From: a virus
Strand: one strand, 5' to 3'
IMG/VR virus record: IMGVR_UViG_3300009618_000019
Length of the DNA stretch: 37,089 nucleotides
The notes under the pieces are model-generated. The model did no database searches. It was not told the origin of the DNA and worked only from the letters and a program-made list of their open reading frames with translations. A program made the position numbers and the translations under genes. Below, piece after piece: positions 15,764 to 23,145 of this stretch; position 1 is the first letter of the stretch; each line of letters starts with the position of its first letter.

Positions 15764-18171
15764 GTGAGGTTTCTGGTTGTGAAGGCTGTCCGATGCGACA
15801 GCTGTTCCCCGACAACAACTTTGTCGCGCCTTATTTAAGTGACGACCTACGTATTATGGTAGGTGAGGCACCCGGCGCAAGTGAAGCAGAACAAGGCGTT
15901 CCCTTTGTTGGTGGTAGCGGTCGTTGGCTTAAGGTAATCTATGCGAAGGCAGGCATTAAGTTTGAGGGTGTTTCGCGTTGCAACGTAATTAACTGTCAAT
16001 CACCGAACAACATATTTCCAACTGATAGCCAGGCCCGTAGTTATATATCTGATAGTGAAGCCCACCAATCGGTGCAGCAGTGCTTGAAGAATCATGTTGA
16101 ACCGCTTCTAAAGAGCCGTCCTTGGAAGCGTATAGATACCTTCGGAGACAAACCCCTTAAGTTCATCCTTGGAAAATCGGGCGGGGTTACAACGTGGCGG
16201 GGGAGTATTCTGCCCGTCGAATCCCTTGGTCCCGCGCCGATTGCGGTTCCAACTTTTCATCCCGCATATATCGCGCGAGACCAGTCGATGTTGCCGGTCG
16301 TTATAAACGATCTGCGTAAGACATTAACAGTGGAGCCTGAGAATTATGAAATCTATCCGACGCTGGATCAAGTCCGGGCGTTTCACGCAACTAAGTTCGC
16401 TTTTGACCTTGAGTGTAACCGTTGGAATAATGCTGACATCTCCATGGTCGGCCTCAGTGCGTCCCCTTATTGCGCTCTTGTTGTTCCTTTTACTGGTGAG
16501 TACATTCATGAGTTACGCCGTATTTTTGGGGCTGCGGAGGAAGTAATAGGTCAGAACTGCATCCAGTTCGATCTTCCCATTCTCGCGAGACAAGGTATTA
16601 AGATTCGAGGTCCTAAAGAGTGTAAGGTCTGGGACATCATGTTGATGCACCACCTTCGCTTTCCCGTCTTTCCCCACGACCTTGAATTCATCGGCAAACA
16701 ATTTACTAACAAAGGTGCTTGGAAAGCCGATAAGGCTATTTTTGAGGTTTATAACGCGCGTGACGTGGACGTAACCTTTAGGTGTTTTAAGCCTTTGAAG
16801 GACCTCTTAGAGCAGGCAAAGCTTTTAGATATATATACTTACGTCTCATGGCCGTTAGCGTTAATCTGTAAGAACATGACCGACGCAGGCGTAACCATGA
16901 ATGGGAACCGCCTTATGGAATTGCGGAAGGATTATCTTGCAAGAATCGAAGGACTCGAACAACAATTACCGGAGCAGCTTAAGCCTTTCTTTGTTACGAA
17001 GAGGCGAAGAATTCCTGCTCCAGTTGGAGCCCTCAATAAATCAGGTAAGCCTCGTAAATACGATCATGAAGAATATCAACTTAAGATTACCCCCTGGCGA
17101 AGCTCAGATGTAAAGAAAAAGTATCTCTATGAGACGCTTGGATTGCCTGTTCAACGGCAGCTTAAAACCAAAGAGCCAACTGCTGATAAGGGTGCTCTTG
17201 ATAAGCTGTATAACAAGACGAAGCATCCTGCTCTGAAGCTGTTGAAAGAGCTTAGTAAGTATGCAACGCTCTTATCGAACTTCGCAAAAGAAGAATATGA
17301 GGGTATAGGAACAACACTTCATCCACACTTTAACCCACACGGAACGTCAACAGGTCGGCTTTCTTCTTCAGGACCATCCTTTCAGAATCAAGCAATTAGC
17401 ACGCGCTATATGTATGTGTCGCGTTTTGAGGACGGTAGACTTGTAGATGCGGATTTTTCTGGTATTGAAAATCGCATCACAGCCTATCTTGCAAAAGATA
17501 CAGACCGGCTAGGTTGGCTTAAAGACCCTTCGTTTAGTGAGCACAAGTTTCTGGTAGCTATGTTCTTTGGGATTCCTTATGAGGAAGTTCAAAAGAGCCA
17601 CGATCCTGCTTCACCTTATGCAATCTGTAAGCGTATTGTACATGGCACAAATTATTGTATGGGTGCCAGAAAGATTGCAGAACAATATGACCTTGATCTT
17701 ACAACCGTAAAACAATACCAAGCCAAGTGGAAGGCAATGATTCACAAGACCTCCGACTGGCAACGGCGTGTAATGAATGACGCAAAGAGGCTTGGTTATG
17801 TAGAGAATCTTTTTGGTCGGAAGTTGTGGTTGTGGGAGAGTGGGTCTGGTCCACAGGCCGTAGCATTTCATCCACAGTCAAATGCAGCCGAGGTTCTTAT
17901 ACGTGTGATGATTGGGCTTATGTATGAACGCGTAGGTTGGCCGTTGGAATGGACAAAGAAAGTTGTTGATGTTGTTTGTCCATTACCAGAACCTGCTGTT
18001 ATGATTGCGTCTGTGCATGATGAAATTCTTTGTGACAGTCCACCTGATCTTGTAGAAAAAGTTTTAAGTGCAATGACAACAGTTATGAGCCAACCTTGGA
18101 AGCCGCTTGGGAATATGGTATTACCTATTTCAATAGGGGCAGAAAAGTCTTGGGGGGATTTTGAAGGATGA
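15718..18171 (+). CDS. polA: family A DNA polymerase with N-terminal family-4 uracil-DNA-glycosylase-like domain and 3'-5' exonuclease (start uncertain)
   Basis: UDG: CEGCP, GEAPG..E...G.PFVG.SG, FHPAY; Exo: FDLE, NCIQFD, YNARD; Pol: DADFSGIE (motif A), KRIVHGTNY (motif B), VHDE (motif C). Confidence 0.92.
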   Translation: MGGPKAISQEKIRTVSEVSGCEGCPMRQLFPDNNFVAPYLSDDLRIMVGEAPGASEAEQGVPFVGGSGRWLKVIYAKAGIKFEGVSRCNVINCQSPNNIFPTDSQARSYISDSEAHQSVQQCLKNHVEPLLKSRPWKRIDTFGDKPLKFILGKSGGVTTWRGSILPVESLGPAPIAVPTFHPAYIARDQSMLPVVINDLRKTLTVEPENYEIYPTLDQVRAFHATKFAFDLECNRWNNADISMVGLSASPYCALVVPFTGEYIHELRRIFGAAEEVIGQNCIQFDLPILARQGIKIRGPKECKVWDIMLMHHLRFPVFPHDLEFIGKQFTNKGAWKADKAIFEVYNARDVDVTFRCFKPLKDLLEQAKLLDIYTYVSWPLALICKNMTDAGVTMNGNRLMELRKDYLARIEGLEQQLPEQLKPFFVTKRRRIPAPVGALNKSGKPRKYDHEEYQLKITPWRSSDVKKKYLYETLGLPVQRQLKTKEPTADKGALDKLYNKTKHPALKLLKELSKYATLLSNFAKEEYEGIGTTLHPHFNPHGTSTGRLSSSGPSFQNQAISTRYMYVSRFEDGRLVDADFSGIENRITAYLAKDTDRLGWLKDPSFSEHKFLVAMFFGIPYEEVQKSHDPASPYAICKRIVHGTNYCMGARKIAEQYDLDLTTVKQYQAKWKAMIHKTSDWQRRVMNDAKRLGYVENLFGRKLWLWESGSGPQAVAFHPQSNAAEVLIRVMIGLMYERVGWPLEWTKKVVDVVCPLPEPAVMIASVHDEILCDSPPDLVEKVLSAMTTVMSQPWKPLGNMVLPISIGAEKSWGDFEG

Positions 18172-18434
18172 TTGATTATCATTTAATGCTCTATCCTGTC
18201 GCAATCTACGAAGACCGTTACGGCGGTTGCTACTCGAAGGGAAAATGGCTTGCTGTTGCAGAGGCAGATATTCACAACCTTCTGAACATGCAAGGAGGTC
18301 CTTACGGAGACGATACCGACTGTGCTGATTTCTGGGGCAACCCGCCTCAATGGATTGCAGTTGGTGCAACTCCTGAAGAAGCCCTGAACAACCTATACGA
18401 AAAGCATATAGAGGCTGACCTTGACCGAACCTGA
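18168..18434 (+). CDS. hypothetical protein (88 aa)
   Basis: ATGA-type overlap with polA; in operon. Confidence 0.65.
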   Translation: MIDYHLMLYPVAIYEDRYGGCYSKGKWLAVAEADIHNLLNMQGGPYGDDTDCADFWGNPPQWIAVGATPEEALNNLYEKHIEADLDRT

Positions 18435-18801
18435 GCTACAAGAATGTTGTCGTTATTGGCAGAAGGTGCTTCGTCTCAACGATGTTGAAATTGAAGTAAG
18501 CTTTGCGCGTAAACTCGAATTAGACTGTACTGGACAAACACAATTTACGTCCGACAATAACGCTGCACTAATTCAAATCTGTCCAAACACACTCGCGAAT
18601 CTTGATACCCTTTGGATGATCGACGAAGAAGTTATTCTTGTACACGAACTTGTTCATGTACAAGAACGTACTTGGGCTGTTAGCAAAGAGTTTCGCGACC
18701 TTCTACAGAACAAAGCAATTAATGCTGCCCATGAGGCAGGCATTGAAAGAACCGCACAAGCGTTAGTAACGCTCAGACGGCAAACCGAGGAGAAACATTG
18801 A
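18421..18801 (+). CDS. putative zincin-like metallopeptidase
   Basis: HELVH (HExxH) with a downstream E. Confidence 0.55.
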   Translation: MTEPELQECCRYWQKVLRLNDVEIEVSFARKLELDCTGQTQFTSDNNAALIQICPNTLANLDTLWMIDEEVILVHELVHVQERTWAVSKEFRDLLQNKAINAAHEAGIERTAQALVTLRRQTEEKH

Positions 18802-19142
18802 GTAAAGCAAAATACAGAGTTATTCCGGGCGCACTTGCGCAGATTACCTTGACAGGGGAGCCTGTCTTCGTTCATGCGATTGATCCTGAAGTTGAGGGTG
18901 CGGAGCGTTTGGCAGTCATTACACGCCCGGTCGTAACCCAAAATGGCATCGAGTATCGCAGCGAACAGGTTGCATTGGAGTTGCTGGAAACGCGCTTTGA
19001 ACAGGCTAAACGAACTGTGGAGTTCGAGAATTTTGTTCAAGACCTGCGCGAGGAAGCAAACAACAAACGCTATGCTCTTACCCCACCGCAACAGGCTGCC
19101 TTGCTTAACAACGGACAGCAACAGCTTCCTTTTAATAACTAA
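18798..19142 (+). CDS. hypothetical protein ending in QQQLPFNN
   Basis: In-operon ORF with GAGGAG RBS. Confidence 0.65.
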   Translation: MSKAKYRVIPGALAQITLTGEPVFVHAIDPEVEGAERLAVITRPVVTQNGIEYRSEQVALELLETRFEQAKRTVEFENFVQDLREEANNKRYALTPPQQAALLNNGQQQLPFNN

Positions 19143-19170
19143 ACTATACGCCGCCTTTGGAGTATCATAA

Positions 19171-19962
19171 ATGTCTAAAGCACTTTGGGTAGCTTGCTAT
19201 GATTTGCACTACCCCAAAATACACAAGCCGACATGGACCGCCATCTTGGATTTCATCGCTAAGAACAACGACAAGATTGCGGGCTTTATCTTTGGCGGCG
19301 ATATGCACGATAACCAAGAAATATCCCACCACACCACGGGTAAGCCGTTATTGAGGCCACCCGGCTCGTATGCCCTTCATACTGAAGGGTTCGATCGTTT
19401 TATCCTGTCCCCACTCGAAAGTATTCTTCCCGCCGACGCAAAGAAGGTCTGGATCGAAGGCAATCACGAGTTCTGGGTTAATCAGTTAATTGAGAGACAA
19501 CCAGAATTGCAAGGTACGCTTGAACGGCCACTCTTGCTTAATCTAGTCGCGCGTGGTTGGGAAGTTCTCCCGCTTGGTGCTGGAAAGAATCTCGGAAAGC
19601 TCCTTGTCGTTCATGGAGAAGGCTTAACCGGCATCGGCAATCAAGCGTCTATCTATCACGCAAAGCGTGCTGTTGAATCTTTCTGTTGCTCTGTCCTTTA
19701 TGGTCATTTACATTCAGCACAGAGTTATACTAAGGTTCTCCCGCATAACACCCGCGACAAGTGGATCGGGTACAGTTCTCCGGCTGCTTGTAGTACAAAT
19801 CCAGACTACTTACAGAACAGACCGACAGCTTGGGTAAATGGTTTCGTAATTGTTGAACTTCACGAACCTGAAAAGAAGAACAGCAATTTTAACACCTATC
19901 CCATCATTGTCAGTGATGGGGTGTTTAGCTTCGGCGGAAATATCTATGGCAAAAAGGCTTAG
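19171..19962 (+). CDS. calcineurin-like metallophosphoesterase (second family)
   Basis: DLH, GGD, GNHE, VHG, GHLH. Confidence 0.85.
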   Translation: MSKALWVACYDLHYPKIHKPTWTAILDFIAKNNDKIAGFIFGGDMHDNQEISHHTTGKPLLRPPGSYALHTEGFDRFILSPLESILPADAKKVWIEGNHEFWVNQLIERQPELQGTLERPLLLNLVARGWEVLPLGAGKNLGKLLVVHGEGLTGIGNQASIYHAKRAVESFCCSVLYGHLHSAQSYTKVLPHNTRDKWIGYSSPAACSTNPDYLQNRPTAWVNGFVIVELHEPEKKNSNFNTYPIIVSDGVFSFGGNIYGKKA

Positions 19963-20530
19963 AATCGGTGTTGATGTTGATGGTGTACTTGTAGACTTTA
20001 TCTCCGCCTTTCGCAAAGAGGCGGAGATAGTTCTTGAACGTCAGTTTCCACTACCTGATAGTTGGAACTGTGAAAACTGGAATACAACACAAGAAGAAAT
20101 GCAAAAAGTCTGGAAGCTTGTTTGTACAACACCTAATTGGTTCTTGTGGAATTGCCCTGTAAAACCTTTCGTTGCAGAGAACCTGCCCTGGTTAGTAGAA
20201 AACCATGATGTTTATTTCATCACGGCCCGTACTCCGACAGCGGGCTTTTCTGTTCAAGAGCAGATTCAGATGACGCTTAATCAGCTCGGTGTTGATTTTC
20301 CAACTGTGTTAGTTGAACAAAACAAGGGACCTATTGCTGCTGCTCTCCAGCTTACTGCTTTTGTTGACGACAAGATCGATCATTTAATCGAAGTAGATAA
20401 CGCAACAAAGAAAAGTACTCAAAATTTCTTAATGAGCTTGTCACACAATGAAGTGTATAAAATTCCGTCTCGTTGGACTAGAATAAAGGATTTCGGGGAG
20501 TTTGTTGCAAAGATTAAGGAGATGGAATGA
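19946..20530 (+). CDS. HAD-superfamily 5'(3')-deoxyribonucleotidase-like protein (probable start 19946)
   Basis: DVDGVLVD motif I, FITAR motif II, FVDD motif IV. Confidence 0.85.
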   Translation: MAKRLRIGVDVDGVLVDFISAFRKEAEIVLERQFPLPDSWNCENWNTTQEEMQKVWKLVCTTPNWFLWNCPVKPFVAENLPWLVENHDVYFITARTPTAGFSVQEQIQMTLNQLGVDFPTVLVEQNKGPIAAALQLTAFVDDKIDHLIEVDNATKKSTQNFLMSLSHNEVYKIPSRWTRIKDFGEFVAKIKEME

Positions 20531-21006
20531 GTTCACCTGGAGAATATTTACTGGATAAAGCAGGTGTGAAGTATGACAAAGACAAACTACGTTATGACCT
20601 CGTTCCTGCCTATCCAATGGAACAACTTGCGGAAGTTTATACCTTTGGTGCAAGGAAATACTCGGAATGGAATTGGGTTAAAGGTATTAAATACTCTCGG
20701 CTCATTGCTGCTTTGTTTCGGCATTTCTGGGCATTCGTTCGTGGAGAAGACATCGATCCTGAAAGCGGACTCCCACATCTTGCACACGCTCTCTGGAACA
20801 TCACAAGCCTCCTCTATTTCTCAAAGTACCGTCCCGACTTGGATGATCGTCAGTTGGTACGGAAGGAAAGCAGAGGGCCGAACAACAGCTTCGGGCCAAA
20901 GATTCAGATGGAGGACGTTAACTGCTGCATCCAGAACACTCCCGTTCGGGACCCGTCTAAGACTTACCTTCCCGACGACGGGGAAATCCGTGATAGTAAG
21001 TATTAA
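20527..21006 (+). CDS. dATP/dGTP diphosphohydrolase-like (DUF5664) protein with C-terminal extension
   Basis: GVKYDKDKLRYDLVP, GARKY..WNW.KG, RH, DPESGLPHLAHA. Confidence 0.85.
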   Translation: MSSPGEYLLDKAGVKYDKDKLRYDLVPAYPMEQLAEVYTFGARKYSEWNWVKGIKYSRLIAALFRHFWAFVRGEDIDPESGLPHLAHALWNITSLLYFSKYRPDLDDRQLVRKESRGPNNSFGPKIQMEDVNCCIQNTPVRDPSKTYLPDDGEIRDSKY

Positions 21007-21133
21007 CGATAGAGGCCCTCTTAACCAAGCCTGGGGCTTGGACATCTCAGAAGCTGCGGCGATAGCCCTGGGAATGAAGAAAGCAGGTATCGCTAAACTT
21101 GCAGTAGAAGTTCAATGTGAGAGGGGTTTATAG
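20843..21133 (+). CDS. RlpA-like double-psi beta-barrel lytic transglycosylase (probable start ATG 20843)
   Basis: SWYG, TASG, TAASRTLPFG, INDRGP, LDISEAAA; overlaps DUF5664 by 164 nt in another frame; its stop codon lies in a motif copy. Confidence 0.75.
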   Translation: MIVSWYGRKAEGRTTASGQRFRWRTLTAASRTLPFGTRLRLTFPTTGKSVIVSINDRGPLNQAWGLDISEAAAIALGMKKAGIAKLAVEVQCERGL

Positions 21134-21140
21134 CCTGGGG
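21121..21140 (+). repeat. IR element 6, left arm (19/20 motif)
   Basis: GAGGGGTTTATAGCCTGGGG; partner at 22712-22731. Confidence 0.92.
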
Positions 21141-21146
21141 GTTGCT

Positions 21147-21626
21147 GTGAAACAAAGTGAGAAGTGGGATAGACGTTATCTCGAACTGGCTAAGCATGTT
21201 GCCACATGGAGCAAGGACCCATCTACTAAGGTAGGGGCTGTTCTAGTTAACTACGAACAGAAGAAAGAGTTCGTAGGCTATAACGGCTTTCCAGAAGGCG
21301 TTCAGGATTCACCAGAACGCTACAACGACCGCGAGATCAAATACAAGTTTGTTGTCCACGCAGAAGTTAACGCCATCCTTAAAGCAGGCGGCTATGCACG
21401 GGGCGCAACTTTGTATATCTATCCCAGCTTTTCATTGCCCCCGATCTGTAACGAGTGTGCCAAAGTTGCAATACAAAGCGGCATTAAAGAAGTCGTTGGT
21501 TATTCGCCAGATGCGAACGATCCGCGAGTAAAGCGTTGGGCCGAAGCTATTCTAGTTTCTAAGAGTATGTTCGAGGAAGCAGGCGTGTCCTGGAGAGCGA
21601 TTGATGAAACAAACAGAGATTCATAA
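21147..21626 (+). CDS. dCMP deaminase family protein (probable GTG start 21147)
   Basis: SKDPSTKVGA, GYNGFP, HAEVN, PICNEC Zn-binding motifs. Confidence 0.9.
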   Translation: MKQSEKWDRRYLELAKHVATWSKDPSTKVGAVLVNYEQKKEFVGYNGFPEGVQDSPERYNDREIKYKFVVHAEVNAILKAGGYARGATLYIYPSFSLPPICNECAKVAIQSGIKEVVGYSPDANDPRVKRWAEAILVSKSMFEEAGVSWRAIDETNRDS

Positions 21627-22464
21627 GCTGCAGGCTGCGTTCGAGCGTTACTTTACGCTTACTACAACACGCCCAACAGCAGTTCGTTATTGTAAATCAC
21701 TTACGTCTTTCTTTTCCCGCTTCCCCGACAAGGCGCGCCCTGAAGAATTTACACGCCGTGATGTTGAAGACTTTCGCATCCTACGGCTTCGTGAGGGCGT
21801 AAGTCCTCGAACAATCAACTATGAACTTGGAGTCTTACGTCAATTTTGGGCGTGGCTTCAACAGATGGAGCTTGTTACATGGAATCCGGTTACACAAGTC
21901 AAACGGTTGCGCGAGCGGGAGTCCTCCAAGACATCATTAAGCGTACAGCAGCAATTGGAGCTACAGAAGGGGTGTTACTGCTGGGCGGACCGTGCACTGG
22001 TTGGTTTAGCATTGACTACTGGGTTGAGGGGGGAGACCCTTGCTTCCCTAGAGAAATGCGAGATCGACTTCGTGAGGCAGTGTCTAACTATTCCAGCGAC
22101 GAAGATGAAGACGGGAAGGAACCACGAGATACCTCTGCCGCCTTGGGTTCTGAAATTGTTGGAGGAAGCGCCTGATGGTCGAATCTTTGCGGATTACGCA
22201 AAAGACACCAACTCAGTTCGTTATAGATGGGGCTGTATATGCAGACGAGCCGGAGTCCCTACGAAAGGAATCAGGACGGCTCGTAGAACGTTTGCTACAA
22301 CTTTGCTTAGAAGCGGAGCCGACCTTAAACTCGTGCAGGATTTACTTGGTCACAGAAACATTGCGACCACTAGTAGATACCTCACCCCTGCAGATAGCCA
22401 AACAACCAGAGATGCTGTAAACCGCCTACCTATCCCGGAGGAATACCTTGAGCGATCTGCGTGA
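21601..22464 (+). CDS. tyrosine recombinase/integrase (XerC/D-like)
   Basis: N-terminal core-binding region (SPRTIN), TGLR, ARRTFAT, LLGH, TTSRY; the HxxR box reads RTAR. Confidence 0.92.
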   Translation: MMKQTEIHKLQAAFERYFTLTTTRPTAVRYCKSLTSFFSRFPDKARPEEFTRRDVEDFRILRLREGVSPRTINYELGVLRQFWAWLQQMELVTWNPVTQVKRLRERESSKTSLSVQQQLELQKGCYCWADRALVGLALTTGLRGETLASLEKCEIDFVRQCLTIPATKMKTGRNHEIPLPPWVLKLLEEAPDGRIFADYAKDTNSVRYRWGCICRRAGVPTKGIRTARRTFATTLLRSGADLKLVQDLLGHRNIATTSRYLTPADSQTTRDAVNRLPIPEEYLERSA

Positions 22465-22711
22465 AATGATGGATGCAGTCCGTGAAGTCTTCATGGGCGC
22501 GGAGTGTATGGGCTATAATTGCGAGAAGGGTTTTTGCATCTATTGGCCTACTGACATAAGCCCTATCATCGCAACAGGTCAACATCCAAGAAAAGCTTGG
22601 CGCAATGCTTATAAGCTGGTTAAGGGGAAGAACAAAAAAGCCCTAGAGAAACTTAAAAAGTCTCTACTAGAGCAGGAAGTTAAGAAGGGTGGATATGGTC
22701 CAGGTGCATAA
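22448..22711 (+). CDS. hypothetical protein (87 aa)
   Basis: GGAGG RBS and TTG start; stop codon abuts the motif at 22712. Confidence 0.6.
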   Translation: MSDLREMMDAVREVFMGAECMGYNCEKGFCIYWPTDISPIIATGQHPRKAWRNAYKLVKGKNKKALEKLKKSLLEQEVKKGGYGPGA

Positions 22712-22731
22712 CACCAGGCTATAAACCCCTC
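22712..22731 (-). repeat. IR element 6, right arm (perfect motif, reverse orientation)
   Basis: CACCAGGCTATAAACCCCTC. Confidence 0.95.
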
Positions 22732-22732
22732 G

Positions 22733-22760
22733 AAAAAAGGCCCGGCTTTTAGACCGGGCC
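22733..22760 (-). terminator. intrinsic terminator of the virion operon
   Basis: On the minus strand GGCCCGG-TCTAAAAG-CCGGGCC-TTTTTT, directly after the last minus-strand gene at the convergence point. Confidence 0.85.
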
Positions 22761-22764
22761 AGTT

Positions 22765-23145
22765 CTATACAACTTGTAGTTCTCGAAGCGGGGAGTCGTG
22801 TGGACTTCCCGCTATTTTTATCCTTACATACTCGCGCGTGACAGGTCCCATGATTATACAACCATCGCTGGACAACGCAGGATGTTCTACGTTTGCGCCA
22901 TGAATAAAGAAGGAGCCCCGCCCAAACATTTCATTGACAGGATCGGGCGTTAGCGGAAAGGCCTTCGGCCCCAGATGTGTTCCGTCTTCAGGGTCTTCTA
23001 CAATGTACTTTCCTTTTGGCAGCGGCCCCACATCTTTGACATTTTGCATTGCGGGATTGTTGCGCCCTTGCAAATGCCCGGCCCAACCACTGCCAATCAA
23101 CTTGTCTGCGTCATAAAGACGCCCTGTTACCTGTTCATAGTTCAT
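22765..23145 (-). CDS. Tlde1/DUF2778-like L,D-transpeptidase-fold protein
   Basis: GRNNP..Q....GPLP.G.Y, GRGSFFIHG, SSDGCII (His/Cys catalytic pattern). Confidence 0.8.
   Translation of the reverse strand: MNYEQVTGRLYDADKLIGSGWAGHLQGRNNPAMQNVKDVGPLPKGKYIVEDPEDGTHLGPKAFPLTPDPVNEMFGRGSFFIHGANVEHPALSSDGCIIMGPVTREYVRIKIAGSPHDSPLRELQVV

Noticed and set aside
20527-21006. Z-genome (2-aminoadenine) or 7-deazaguanine system inferred from DUF5664
   Set aside because: No PurZ, DatZ-type HD protein or Que/DpdA genes are recognisable in the window.
21601-22464. Classical prophage integration module
   Set aside because: No adjacent repressor, excisionase or host flank is recognisable; the gene is embedded in the middle operon.
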